This document shows, piece after piece, positions 21,132 to 30,014 of a stretch of 64,000 bases of DNA; the first letter of the stretch is position 1, and each line of letters begins with the position of its first letter. The stretch lies in IMG/VR virus record IMGVR_UViG_3300050142_000050, positions 160,001 to 224,000 of that record; one strand, written 5' to 3'. The stretch is from a virus. Taxonomy: Duplodnaviria > Caudoviricetes. Made by a program: the position numbers and the translations under genes. The notes beneath the pieces were generated by a model, which was given only the letters and a program-made list of their open reading frames with translations, was not told the origin of the DNA and searched no databases.

Positions 21132-21800
21132 ATGGAGTTCCAAGAATATCGCAGGGATCTCCTCCCGGCCGAATCCTTCGCTATGGAGTCATTCAGTTTC
21201 ACTCCGAAGAATACCGATGGTCTGAAACAGACGCGCTCCATGGGCGATCTCCTACAGATGGTGGCTGAAGAAGAGAACCGGGTACCCAGTTACTTCAAGC
21301 CAGCCACTATCCTGGTCAAGGATGGCGTACATCACGTATCCATCTTCACTGGGTTCTCGATCGATGGGACATCTCTGTCTCAGCGTCTGTGTATCTTCTT
21401 CCAGGAGCTCACTGAGAAGGACGAAGTCCATCTCCGTCTCACCAGTCACCTGACCAATGTAGCCCCTGTGGCATACCTCTCGCTCATCGCAGCGATCGGT
21501 CGTTGTAAGGCGTCTGTCAAGATCTACCTCGACACTATCGTGGATGATGAACTCGCATACTTCTACCTGGCATGCCCTGAACTGGTCATCGGTAGCATGG
21601 GTGCGCTCATGATCCCCTCCTACTGTCAGCAGATACCCGAAGACATGAGTTCATCATGGCGTGAAGTATCTGACTTCTTCAAGTGGCTGGTCGAATTGGC
21701 GCAAGATCGTGGGCTCATCACCTCCGAACAAGCACAGACTCTCCACTCTGGTCAAGATGTCGAAGTCGACCTCGAAGCCTATATGGCTAAGACATTTTGA
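21132..21800 (+). CDS. degenerate (probably inactive) ClpP-like paralog
   Basis: VHLRLTS..LIAAIGRCKASVKIYLDTIVDDE..LMIP aligns with the upstream ClpP domain with Ser->Asp and His->Pro; N-terminal AME|S site. Confidence 0.6.
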   Translation: MEFQEYRRDLLPAESFAMESFSFTPKNTDGLKQTRSMGDLLQMVAEEENRVPSYFKPATILVKDGVHHVSIFTGFSIDGTSLSQRLCIFFQELTEKDEVHLRLTSHLTNVAPVAYLSLIAAIGRCKASVKIYLDTIVDDELAYFYLACPELVIGSMGALMIPSYCQQIPEDMSSSWREVSDFFKWLVELAQDRGLITSEQAQTLHSGQDVEVDLEAYMAKTF

Positions 21801-21812
21801 TAATGGTATGAT

Positions 21813-21838
21813 GGGATCAGGGGAATTCCCCTGATCCC
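21813..21838. terminator. 26-bp perfect palindrome
   Basis: GGGATCAGGGGAATTCCCCTGATCCC. Confidence 0.65.
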
Positions 21839-21861
21839 TCTCCCTATTTATCAGGTGAACT

Positions 21862-24477
21862 ATGGCTATCCTGTTTGAAAAAGATTGGCGTAATGCAGCT
21901 GGTAAGCTACGTGCTATACCCCATTACAACACCAAGAATGTCAGCTTCTTGCGTATGGCCCAACTTCTCAAGAAGATGGGTATCAAGAACTATGCGTTCC
22001 ATCTCTGTCTCTACGACAAGGATCTACTGAACGTCGATCCACATAGTCTGACAGAAGATACACCCGAAAATGAGATCCTGCGTCAGAAGGTCTGCAATGA
22101 AGCAGCGAGGAATCTTTGGTACTTCAAACGCGAAGTCCTCAAGATCTACTCACAGGGTGGCGATCCAGTACCCTACGAGTTGAACCGTGGTTCACTCTCC
22201 ATGACCTGGTGCTTCCTCAACGGCATCGACTACTGGTCCATGCAGCCGCGACAGGCACAGCCACTCGATGCTAAGATCCGTACACCGGACGGTCATATCA
22301 CCATGGGTGATGTGGCATACGGTACTCAGATCTTGGCTCCCGATGGTACGACAGTGCGAGTCGCTGGTGTCTACCCCCACGGCGCCAAACCGGTATACAA
22401 AGTAACCCTGTCGGACGGACGTTCCACTGAGTGTTGTAATGACCACCTATGGCGGGTGTACTGCTCATCGTGGAAAGAACCTTGGCGAGTATACTCACTC
22501 GAACAGATTCGCGCATCTCAGGATGAGATCCTTATCCCATTCTGGAATGGTACTGACTTCTCTAATCACTTGACAATAGATTCCATCGAATATGTCGGCG
22601 ATAAGGAAGTCCAATGCATCCATGTTGATCATCCCGATCATCTCTACATCACCGATGATGATATCGTCACTCACAATACAGGCAAGACCGTCGGAGCCTT
22701 GGCGATCACCACTTGGGTGATGTACATCGGTGCTAAGTCGTATACATTTGGTATGATGACTAAGGATGACACTCTGCGTACGGAAAACATTTCTCGTATC
22801 AAACGCATGCGAGAAACGCTTCCATCGTGGATGCTGGCACCCGATCGTTATGCCGATAAGAACAACTCCACCACTCTCTACTATGCTGCTCTGAAGAACA
22901 AGTATGAGACGATGGTGGGCCAGGCCGACGAAGCCAGCGCTGACAAGCAAGCACGTGGTTCGTCTCCTTCCGGTGTACATTTCGACGAAATTGCATTTAT
23001 CTCGCACATCAGAAAGTCCTACTCGGTGATTCTGTCATCGACCGACACTGCACGAGCAAATGCTAAAGCGAATGGTCAGCCTCACTCGAACATTATCACT
23101 ACCACTGCTGGCGATCCATCCAAGAGAGATGCTAAAGCAGCAGCTGAAATCCTCGATGGTGCAATGAACTTCACTGAGACATTGTACGATATCGAGGATA
23201 GTGAAAAGCTCCACATGGTGGTGAAGGCCAACTCTCCTAAGAAGATGATCAATGGTACCTTCTCCCACCTTCAGTTGGGGAGGACCAATGAGTGGCTCCG
23301 AGACATCATCACTCGCAACAACTTGTCAGCAGATGAAGTCTGTCGCGACTATCTCAATCGCTGGGTATCCGTCCAGGACAATCCCATCATCCCCAAAGAG
23401 ATCCTCAGCCGAATCACATCATCTCAGATCGACCCAGTGTGGACTGAGATCATCAGTGATAGATTCCTCATCAGGTGGTACGTACCGCAGAGTGTGGTGG
23501 AATCTCGTGATTTCAAGAACACACCTATCATCGTGGGATGTGACTCGTCAGAACTCATCAACAGGGACGCTACCACTCTCGTGGGGATCAATCCCAAGAC
23601 ACTGGAGGTGGTCTTCACCTATCGAGCAGTCGAGGGTAATATCAACACAGTAGCGACTTCGATCGCTAACTTCTTGATCCGCTATCCCAAGATGTTGTTC
23701 ATCCCAGAAAACAAAAGCTCTGGAACATCGATCATCGATATCGTGGGTGCTATGTTGACCCATGCAGGTCAGAATCCATTCAAGCGCATCTTCAACTGGG
23801 TCGTAGACCGCCGTAATGAGGCTGAGTTCGGAAGGATCAATATCAATGATCCATCGCTGTTGGAAACATCTGTCAAGCGATACTTCGGCATCAAGACGGA
23901 CAAGTCCAAGCGCGATGAGCTCTATAGCTCAGTCCTCATCAAAGCCACCTCTCGTGCAGGGCACCTCACTAAGGACGCAAGACTCGTCTCCGAACTCAGC
24001 TCCCTTGTGGAACGCAATGGACGAGTCGATCACGCAGCTGATGGTAAGGACGATACTGTCATCGCCTATTTGATGGCGATGTGGATCATCTTCTTCGGTA
24101 AGAACCTGGACGTATACGGGATCGAACCTGGTACGATCATGTCCTTTGCTTCTTATGGTAATTCTAACTCTGAAGAAGAGCAGAAGCGCCGTAAGCAAGA
24201 AGCCATCATCAAACATGCGACTGATCAAATCGAGAAGCTCTCTAATGCTCTCAAGAATCAATTCGATCTATCTGTGATCGAGATGATCAAGGGAGAGATC
24301 CGTAAGTATGAAGCCATGCTTCCTGAGTCTCGTTTTATCGAACCTGCTACCACTGATGAGATCATGCGCGATCCCTTCAAATTTGCCGATAGGAAGGCCG
24401 TGGAGGACAATCGTGGTATGTTCGGTACGATGGGGCAGAAGAGAGCAGAAAGCATCCTGACGGACTTACTAGGGTAA
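21862..24477 (+). CDS. terL: terminase large subunit (intein-containing)
   Basis: Walker A PRQ|intein|TGKT, Walker B VHFDEIAF, nuclease VGCDSSE and KDDTVIAYL; 730 aa after intein removal. Confidence 0.9.
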   Translation: MAILFEKDWRNAAGKLRAIPHYNTKNVSFLRMAQLLKKMGIKNYAFHLCLYDKDLLNVDPHSLTEDTPENEILRQKVCNEAARNLWYFKREVLKIYSQGGDPVPYELNRGSLSMTWCFLNGIDYWSMQPRQAQPLDAKIRTPDGHITMGDVAYGTQILAPDGTTVRVAGVYPHGAKPVYKVTLSDGRSTECCNDHLWRVYCSSWKEPWRVYSLEQIRASQDEILIPFWNGTDFSNHLTIDSIEYVGDKEVQCIHVDHPDHLYITDDDIVTHNTGKTVGALAITTWVMYIGAKSYTFGMMTKDDTLRTENISRIKRMRETLPSWMLAPDRYADKNNSTTLYYAALKNKYETMVGQADEASADKQARGSSPSGVHFDEIAFISHIRKSYSVILSSTDTARANAKANGQPHSNIITTTAGDPSKRDAKAAAEILDGAMNFTETLYDIEDSEKLHMVVKANSPKKMINGTFSHLQLGRTNEWLRDIITRNNLSADEVCRDYLNRWVSVQDNPIIPKEILSRITSSQIDPVWTEIISDRFLIRWYVPQSVVESRDFKNTPIIVGCDSSELINRDATTLVGINPKTLEVVFTYRAVEGNINTVATSIANFLIRYPKMLFIPENKSSGTSIIDIVGAMLTHAGQNPFKRIFNWVVDRRNEAEFGRININDPSLLETSVKRYFGIKTDKSKRDELYSSVLIKATSRAGHLTKDARLVSELSSLVERNGRVDHAADGKDDTVIAYLMAMWIIFFGKNLDVYGIEPGTIMSFASYGNSNSEEEQKRRKQEAIIKHATDQIEKLSNALKNQFDLSVIEMIKGEIRKYEAMLPESRFIEPATTDEIMRDPFKFADRKAVEDNRGMFGTMGQKRAESILTDLLG
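22255..22677 (+). mobile_element. class 3 mini-intein (141 aa, no homing endonuclease)
   Basis: Starts AQPLDAKI (Ala1), block B CNDHLW, block F VQCIHVD, ends IVTHN, +1 Thr; W-C-T class 3 signature. Confidence 0.9.
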
Positions 24478-24484
24478 ATTAGAG

Positions 24485-24513
24485 CATAGGGAGGGGATCA
24501 TCCCCTCCCTATG
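24485..24513 (+). terminator. 13-bp hairpin, TCA loop
   Basis: CATAGGGAGGGGA-TCA-TCCCCTCCCTATG. Confidence 0.7.
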
Positions 24514-24576
24514 TATCTAGAGTTCGCTATTACTCCCCAATAGTGTGAGACAACTATCAGAAAATGAGATGACACG

Positions 24577-25821
24577 ATGACCGCTATTACGGAAGGTTTC
24601 GGTGCTCTTGGTATTAGCATCAACAACAACCACATCCTCAAGATGAAAGAACTCGTGGTACGGTTCACGATTCGTGGCTCTAACCCACTCACCCTCCATG
24701 GGAACACCCTGGGTGTCCACCCTATCGTTTTCAAGGACAGTGATCGAGATGCTCTCTTCGATATTTTCGGAGTGGACTATGCTCACTTCAAGAATACGAT
24801 CAAGGGTATCCACACAATCGACAAGACCCGCAATGTGCAGAGTGATCCTTTCAACCTCCTGTGCTTCTGGCTGATCTATCTGGCTCCCATCTTCATCAAG
24901 AACGAACGTATCCGTCACGGATTCATGATGGACGTGTTGCGTTACTTCAATTTCAAGATCTTCACTTCTGTGGTGAACAACTCATTCCCCCATGGCGCGA
25001 ATGAAGGGGTGATGGAAGCCACGGTGATGAGCCTCAACAAGAAGTGGGATATCATCAAGTATAAAACATGGTCTGGTCTTATCGAATCTCACTGTGAGAA
25101 GTTCCTCGATCAACACGATCGTCGTCTCAGTACACCTGTGTTTGAACTCTCATCCGATGAGAAGTTCCTCAATGTGGTGGCTGAGATGCAAGGTATGCTT
25201 CGTCAGAAGATCGTGACCTTCGCTCAGAACTATTATGCTACCCATGCCGAGGGTACTTCTCTCAAATCCAAGTCATCTGTGGGTACCGGTGAAGACGGTG
25301 AGAAGATCGTAGCTCAACAAGCATCGGTCATCGAGTCGGCATCGGCTGCTATGATCAGTGAGCTCCTGAACCTCTCTATGTTCATCAACGATTCGAGGAT
25401 CGATGATGTTTCGAGGCAGGTATCATCGATATCCTCCAGGATGCTCAAATCAGCCCTCATGGAGCTCAATCGCATCGCGGTGATACAAGCCTCCTCCAAG
25501 AAGTTCGACCTCACTGAGAAGGCTCCTGTGGGCATCAATTACATCGGTGTCCGTGTACTGCTCCTAGTTATCATCAAAACCATGTTGAGACACTGTCAGC
25601 AGAAGAAGGTGAACCCTGCTAACCACGCAGCTGTATTCTCCACCATGCAGGCAGCATATACCTCATCGCGTATCATGGATCAGGATATCGCCGACATCAA
25701 ACGATCAGTGGGTCTCATCATCGACCACCTGGGTATTACCTCGAATGAGGCCTCCAAGGCGTCACTGCGCCTCGGTGTGATTTATTACATCATCTACCGT
25801 ACTCTGGAGAAGATGAAATAA
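24577..25821 (+). CDS. conserved phiKZ-like core protein, function unknown
   Basis: 414 aa; GNTLGVHPIVFKDSDRDALFD and VQSDPFNL resemble a family conserved across phiKZ-like phages. Confidence 0.6.
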   Translation: MTAITEGFGALGISINNNHILKMKELVVRFTIRGSNPLTLHGNTLGVHPIVFKDSDRDALFDIFGVDYAHFKNTIKGIHTIDKTRNVQSDPFNLLCFWLIYLAPIFIKNERIRHGFMMDVLRYFNFKIFTSVVNNSFPHGANEGVMEATVMSLNKKWDIIKYKTWSGLIESHCEKFLDQHDRRLSTPVFELSSDEKFLNVVAEMQGMLRQKIVTFAQNYYATHAEGTSLKSKSSVGTGEDGEKIVAQQASVIESASAAMISELLNLSMFINDSRIDDVSRQVSSISSRMLKSALMELNRIAVIQASSKKFDLTEKAPVGINYIGVRVLLLVIIKTMLRHCQQKKVNPANHAAVFSTMQAAYTSSRIMDQDIADIKRSVGLIIDHLGITSNEASKASLRLGVIYYIIYRTLEKMK

Positions 25822-25866
25822 TAAATCACCAGAACTCATGGTGTGGACCTAACAAGGAGAAGCATC

Positions 25867-26409
25867 ATGGATACCACAATGCAAGTTATGATCGATCGGG
25901 TGATAAGTAAAGGGAGCGGCATTCTCGACGATAACGCGAGACTATCTGAGACGTTGTTACAAGTCGCAGCTGCAATTGAGCTGAATACCGCAAGTGGGTC
26001 GCCGTACAACTCGGAACCGAAAATCTACAGCGATGAAGTAAGTGAGCTTCTTAACGAAAAAGCCAATCTTCTGACAGACCTTATCTCCACCAACTTAAGG
26101 CTGATAGTCGCATCAGCATCGCTCAGTGGAGCTGATCCGAACTTCTTTGACCGACAAACGACTGGGTCCGATACTCAGCCTCCGGAGACAGTCGATGAAC
26201 CTACTCCCGAGAAGACGTACGAGGGTTATCAACTCCGAGTCGTCGAGGAGCGTGATGCTCTGAAAACGAAAATGGATGCTCTCTCAAAATTCCTCAACTC
26301 CAACGCAGTAAACGACCTCACACCGGACGCCAGTGATCTTCTGAATCGGCAGTGGTATGCGATGAAAGGATATCTGGACATCCTCGATAAGCGCATCGCG
26401 CTGTTCTGA
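25867..26409 (+). CDS. protein with C-terminal crAss001_48-like helical domain
   Basis: YQLRVVEERDALKTKMDALSKFL..LLNRQWYAMKGYLDILDKRIALF; AAGGAG RBS before ATG 25867. Confidence 0.65.
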   Translation: MDTTMQVMIDRVISKGSGILDDNARLSETLLQVAAAIELNTASGSPYNSEPKIYSDEVSELLNEKANLLTDLISTNLRLIVASASLSGADPNFFDRQTTGSDTQPPETVDEPTPEKTYEGYQLRVVEERDALKTKMDALSKFLNSNAVNDLTPDASDLLNRQWYAMKGYLDILDKRIALF

Positions 26410-26434
26410 GTCGACGCTGTATCTGTGATATGGA

Positions 26435-26463
26435 TAGGGGGATGGCCTGAGGCCATCCCCCTA
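26435..26463 (+). terminator. 13-bp hairpin, TGA loop
   Basis: TAGGGGGATGGCC-TGA-GGCCATCCCCCTA. Confidence 0.7.
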
Positions 26464-26636
26464 CTCTACCTCTATTCCGTCTGTAAAAATAACACTCTTA
26501 TCGAGCTATATCCCATGTGAATTTTAGACATAATAGCTCCTAAAACTACACCTCAAAATAGGTGGGATGGTATACGGATTTACCGGCTAACGATCCCCCC
26601 CTAGACATCAATTTCAGACAATGGAATGGATAAATC

Positions 26637-28505
26637 ATGAACGATATGGCAGCTCGATTCCCAGGTCGACGCAAAGCAGTTACCCCTCCCAACGCCTTCA
26701 AGCGTGATCGTGAGATCCCTGATGTGTGGGTGGACGATTCACGTGACGAACTGTTCATGGACTTTGCCCGCGCTACATTGGACGACATCTATCTGTCCCC
26801 CACTGAGAAATACCAGGATCGTATCGCTAATGCTCATCGCGCGTACGCTGACGATCAAGCACATGCCCAGCGCATGTATGAGTACTCGTCCAAAGGTTGG
26901 TGCATTCCTGCTACGCCTATCCTGGCTAATGGTGGTACCACTCGAGGTCTTCCGATCTCGTGCTACCTGACTCATGTTCAGGACGATATGAAGGACATCA
27001 TCGGCCACTGGGCCGAGATCGCTCATCTGGGTCATAAGGGTGGTGGTATCGGATCTTACTGGGGCGATGTCCGATCGGCCGATGAGAAGATCGGTCTCAT
27101 TGGGAAGTCGTCTGGCGTGATGCCGTTCCTAAAGGTAGATGATGCCCAGACTGCCAGTATCAGCCAGGGTAACGCACGACGTGCATCTGCGGTCGTGTTC
27201 CTCGACATCGATCACCCAGAGATCGAACTCTTCGTCGAGATGCGTCAGAAGACTGGTGGCGATCCCAAGTACAAGTGCCTCAACCTACATCATGGGGTGG
27301 TCATCACCGATGCCTTCATGTGGGCAGTAGTCATTAATGGTCAATGGGACCTGAAAGCCCGCACGACAGGATTGGTCGTGAAGACCCTGAGCGCTCGAGC
27401 GCTATTCGAGAAGATCATCGAATATCGCATGGCCAATGGTGAGCCGTTCATCCTGTTCCTTGAGAATGCGAACAAGCATGTCCCCATTCACCACAAGAAA
27501 GCAGGACTCCTCGTACGAACATCCAACCTTTGTATGGAGATCCTTCTTCCCACCGGTAGAGATCAGTACGGTAATCATCGTACTGCGGTCTGTGCCCTTT
27601 ATCAGCTGAATGCTGAAAAGTTTGACGAGTGGAAAGATGATCCGAACATCATCGAAGATGTCGCTCGTTTTATGGATAACGTCTTGACCGACTATATCGA
27701 CCACGCCGGTCCTGACTTCGCACGAGCCACCTATTCGGCACAGCGTGAACGCTCGATTGGTGTGGGCCACTTCGGTATCCATTCCTACCTCCAGATGAAG
27801 AATGTCCCGGTATCTTCGCCGATCGGTATGGCTATGTCGACAAAGATCGCCAAGCATATCAATGACGGCATGAAGGCTGCTTCGTATAAGCTCGCAGTCG
27901 AACGTGGCCCGTGCCCTGATGCGGCCGACTATGGGATCATGGAGCGATTCTCCTGTAAAACCGCCATGGCTCCCACCGCTTCAGTATCTATCGTAGCAGG
28001 TGCTGGATGCTCAGCAGGTGGTGACTTCATCCCGGCGAATATCTACACACATAAGACCAGGGTCGGTTCTTGGTCTGTCAAGAATAAGTGGTTGACGAAG
28101 GTGCTGGACGCCTATGGTAGGAATACCAATGAAGTCTGGGATTCGATCGTGAAGCACACGGGGTCGGTGGCCCATCTTGACTTCTTGTCAGATCACGAGC
28201 GTGATGTGTTCAAGACTGCCTATGAGATCGATCCGAAGTTTGGTATCCTCTACAACGAGGCTCGTATCCCTCACATCGACCAATCACAATCGTACAACAT
28301 GTACATCCCACCGATGATCGATCGTGCCGAACTGATGCGTATCCACATCGACGGTTGGATGCGCGGGATCAAGTCCTATTACTACCTGCGTACTCTGGCT
28401 CCTAGCCGTGGTGATAGCAGTGATGGTGAAAAGATCCAGGTCGTGGGATGGACTCCGGAAGAGCCGGGTAAGGTGACCTACGAAGAATGCACTTGGTGTC
28501 AGTGA
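26637..28505 (+). CDS. nrdA: ribonucleotide reductase class Ia alpha subunit (no ATP cone)
   Basis: PATPILANGG..GLPISCYL, GGGIG, TSNLCMEI, AVCAL, APTAS, IDQSQS, KSYYY, C-terminal CTWCQ. Confidence 0.95.
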   Translation: MNDMAARFPGRRKAVTPPNAFKRDREIPDVWVDDSRDELFMDFARATLDDIYLSPTEKYQDRIANAHRAYADDQAHAQRMYEYSSKGWCIPATPILANGGTTRGLPISCYLTHVQDDMKDIIGHWAEIAHLGHKGGGIGSYWGDVRSADEKIGLIGKSSGVMPFLKVDDAQTASISQGNARRASAVVFLDIDHPEIELFVEMRQKTGGDPKYKCLNLHHGVVITDAFMWAVVINGQWDLKARTTGLVVKTLSARALFEKIIEYRMANGEPFILFLENANKHVPIHHKKAGLLVRTSNLCMEILLPTGRDQYGNHRTAVCALYQLNAEKFDEWKDDPNIIEDVARFMDNVLTDYIDHAGPDFARATYSAQRERSIGVGHFGIHSYLQMKNVPVSSPIGMAMSTKIAKHINDGMKAASYKLAVERGPCPDAADYGIMERFSCKTAMAPTASVSIVAGAGCSAGGDFIPANIYTHKTRVGSWSVKNKWLTKVLDAYGRNTNEVWDSIVKHTGSVAHLDFLSDHERDVFKTAYEIDPKFGILYNEARIPHIDQSQSYNMYIPPMIDRAELMRIHIDGWMRGIKSYYYLRTLAPSRGDSSDGEKIQVVGWTPEEPGKVTYEECTWCQ

Positions 28506-28566
28506 CCCAAGACTGACTTCTTTCATCGAACCGTCCGTAGTCAATTTTACAAAGAAAGCTTCAGAG

Positions 28567-29766
28567 ATGACTTCTTTTACTCTCTTCGACAATGAACCCA
28601 CCATCGAAGAAATCACTCTTCAGCGTCGTGATAAGGTGATGAATGGAATCCACAATGGATCTATTCCTCATGAGAAGATCGCCTATATTCCGATGGAATA
28701 TCTCGATGTCACCAGCATCCCTGGCGTGGCCAGTGAGAATATCCTGACTGAGTCCAGAGTCTACAAGCCGTTTCGATATGAGTTCGGCTATCGGATGTAT
28801 GAGATGCAGAACAATCTGCATTGGATGCAAGACAAGATCTCCATGGACGAAGATATCGTGCAATTCGGTCGGCTTCCTGATCAACAGCGAGAAGTCCTTG
28901 AGGACATCTTCCCGATGTTCGTGAAGAATGACATGGTGGCTGAAGACTTCTGGGCTGGTAAATACCAGCGCATCTTTAAGCCCCATGAGATCCAGATGGG
29001 CATCGGTGCTGCTGTCAACATGGAGGCTATCCATAAGAGTGCCTATGCCTACCTATTGGATTCTCTGGCATTCCCTGTGGGTCGCTACAGCGACTTCTTG
29101 ACCCATCAGGAAGCCACTGATAAGCTCGACTACACGACGGGCTTCCATATGACCTCGCTGTACGAGACCCTGGCATCGATCTTCATGTTCGGTGCGATGA
29201 CTGAGGGTGTACAGCTCTATGGGAACTTCGCAGTCATGATGAGCTTCCCTCACCGCAATCTGATGAAGGGTATGGGTCAGGTGGTGACCTGGTCGGTGCG
29301 TGATGAGAGTCTGCACTGTGGGTTCGCAGCACAACTGTGGAAGCACACTCTTCTGGAGTTCGGTCATCTCATTGACATCAAGGCTCTCTTCACATGGTGT
29401 CAGAAGATCGCCCATCGGGTATATCAGAATGAGGTCGGTTTTGCAACCCTGATCTTCCGCCGTGGTCCTCTTCCGGATATGACGTTCGAACAACATTGCC
29501 AATACATGCGTCACCTGATTGACTCGCGTCTGAAGTCTTATGGGATCGCACCCATCTTCGGTGAACCTGAGACGCCGTATGACTTCTTGACGTCTCTTCT
29601 GTCAGGCGTCGAATATGCCAACTTCTTCGAGCAGCGTGCTACTGAATACGGCATGGCGAACCTGACTGGTTCGTTCCAGCCTGCATACGGCGCAGCACTG
29701 AGCGAGATCGACTTCATCAAGGAAAAACGCAAGTCTCTTGGTTTTGCTGTACCCGAAGGGGTTTGA
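28567..29766 (+). CDS. nrdB: ribonucleotide reductase class Ia beta subunit
   Basis: YKPFRY, HW, iron ligands D..MEAIH..AY (radical Tyr), TEG, RDESLH, NFFEQRATEY. Confidence 0.95.
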   Translation: MTSFTLFDNEPTIEEITLQRRDKVMNGIHNGSIPHEKIAYIPMEYLDVTSIPGVASENILTESRVYKPFRYEFGYRMYEMQNNLHWMQDKISMDEDIVQFGRLPDQQREVLEDIFPMFVKNDMVAEDFWAGKYQRIFKPHEIQMGIGAAVNMEAIHKSAYAYLLDSLAFPVGRYSDFLTHQEATDKLDYTTGFHMTSLYETLASIFMFGAMTEGVQLYGNFAVMMSFPHRNLMKGMGQVVTWSVRDESLHCGFAAQLWKHTLLEFGHLIDIKALFTWCQKIAHRVYQNEVGFATLIFRRGPLPDMTFEQHCQYMRHLIDSRLKSYGIAPIFGEPETPYDFLTSLLSGVEYANFFEQRATEYGMANLTGSFQPAYGAALSEIDFIKEKRKSLGFAVPEGV

Positions 29767-29774
29767 ATGTAATA

Positions 29775-29804
29775 GAGAGAGGAGGGCTCACGCCCTCCTC
29801 TCTC
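29775..29804 (+). terminator. 13-bp hairpin, TCAC loop
   Basis: GAGAGAGGAGGGC-TCAC-GCCCTCCTCTCTC. Confidence 0.7.
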
Positions 29805-29837
29805 ACTACCTATACCTCAAGTCAATTTATTTGATAG

Positions 29838-29854
29838 TCATATTACCAGAGTGA
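29838..29854 (+). promoter_or_regulatory. candidate early (virion RNAP) promoter
   Basis: TCATATTACCAGAGTGA with AT-rich upstream; resembles phiKZ early TATATTAC; identical copy at 46203. Confidence 0.7.
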
Positions 29855-29897
29855 AGGAAGTGAATCTCCCTTCGTTCTAATTAAGGAGTGTCCTAAC

Positions 29898-29972
29898 ATG
29901 GCCAATTCTATCTCTTATGGTAGCCCTACTCGTAGTGCCCGTATCCGTGATCTGCGCGATACCCGCATCTGA
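29898..29972 (+). CDS. 24-aa basic micro-ORF MANSISYGSPTRSARIRDLRDTRI
   Basis: Strong AAGGAG RBS, first ORF after the candidate early promoter. Confidence 0.5.
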   Translation: MANSISYGSPTRSARIRDLRDTRI

Positions 29973-30014
29973 TCTTCCATCGCATCCGACTACTTCGAAA
30001 AAGGAGAGGTCTCC

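Noticed and set aside
26464-26636. Possible NrdR box or leader RNA upstream of nrdA
   Set aside because: No convincing match to the palindromic NrdR consensus and no recognisable riboswitch structure
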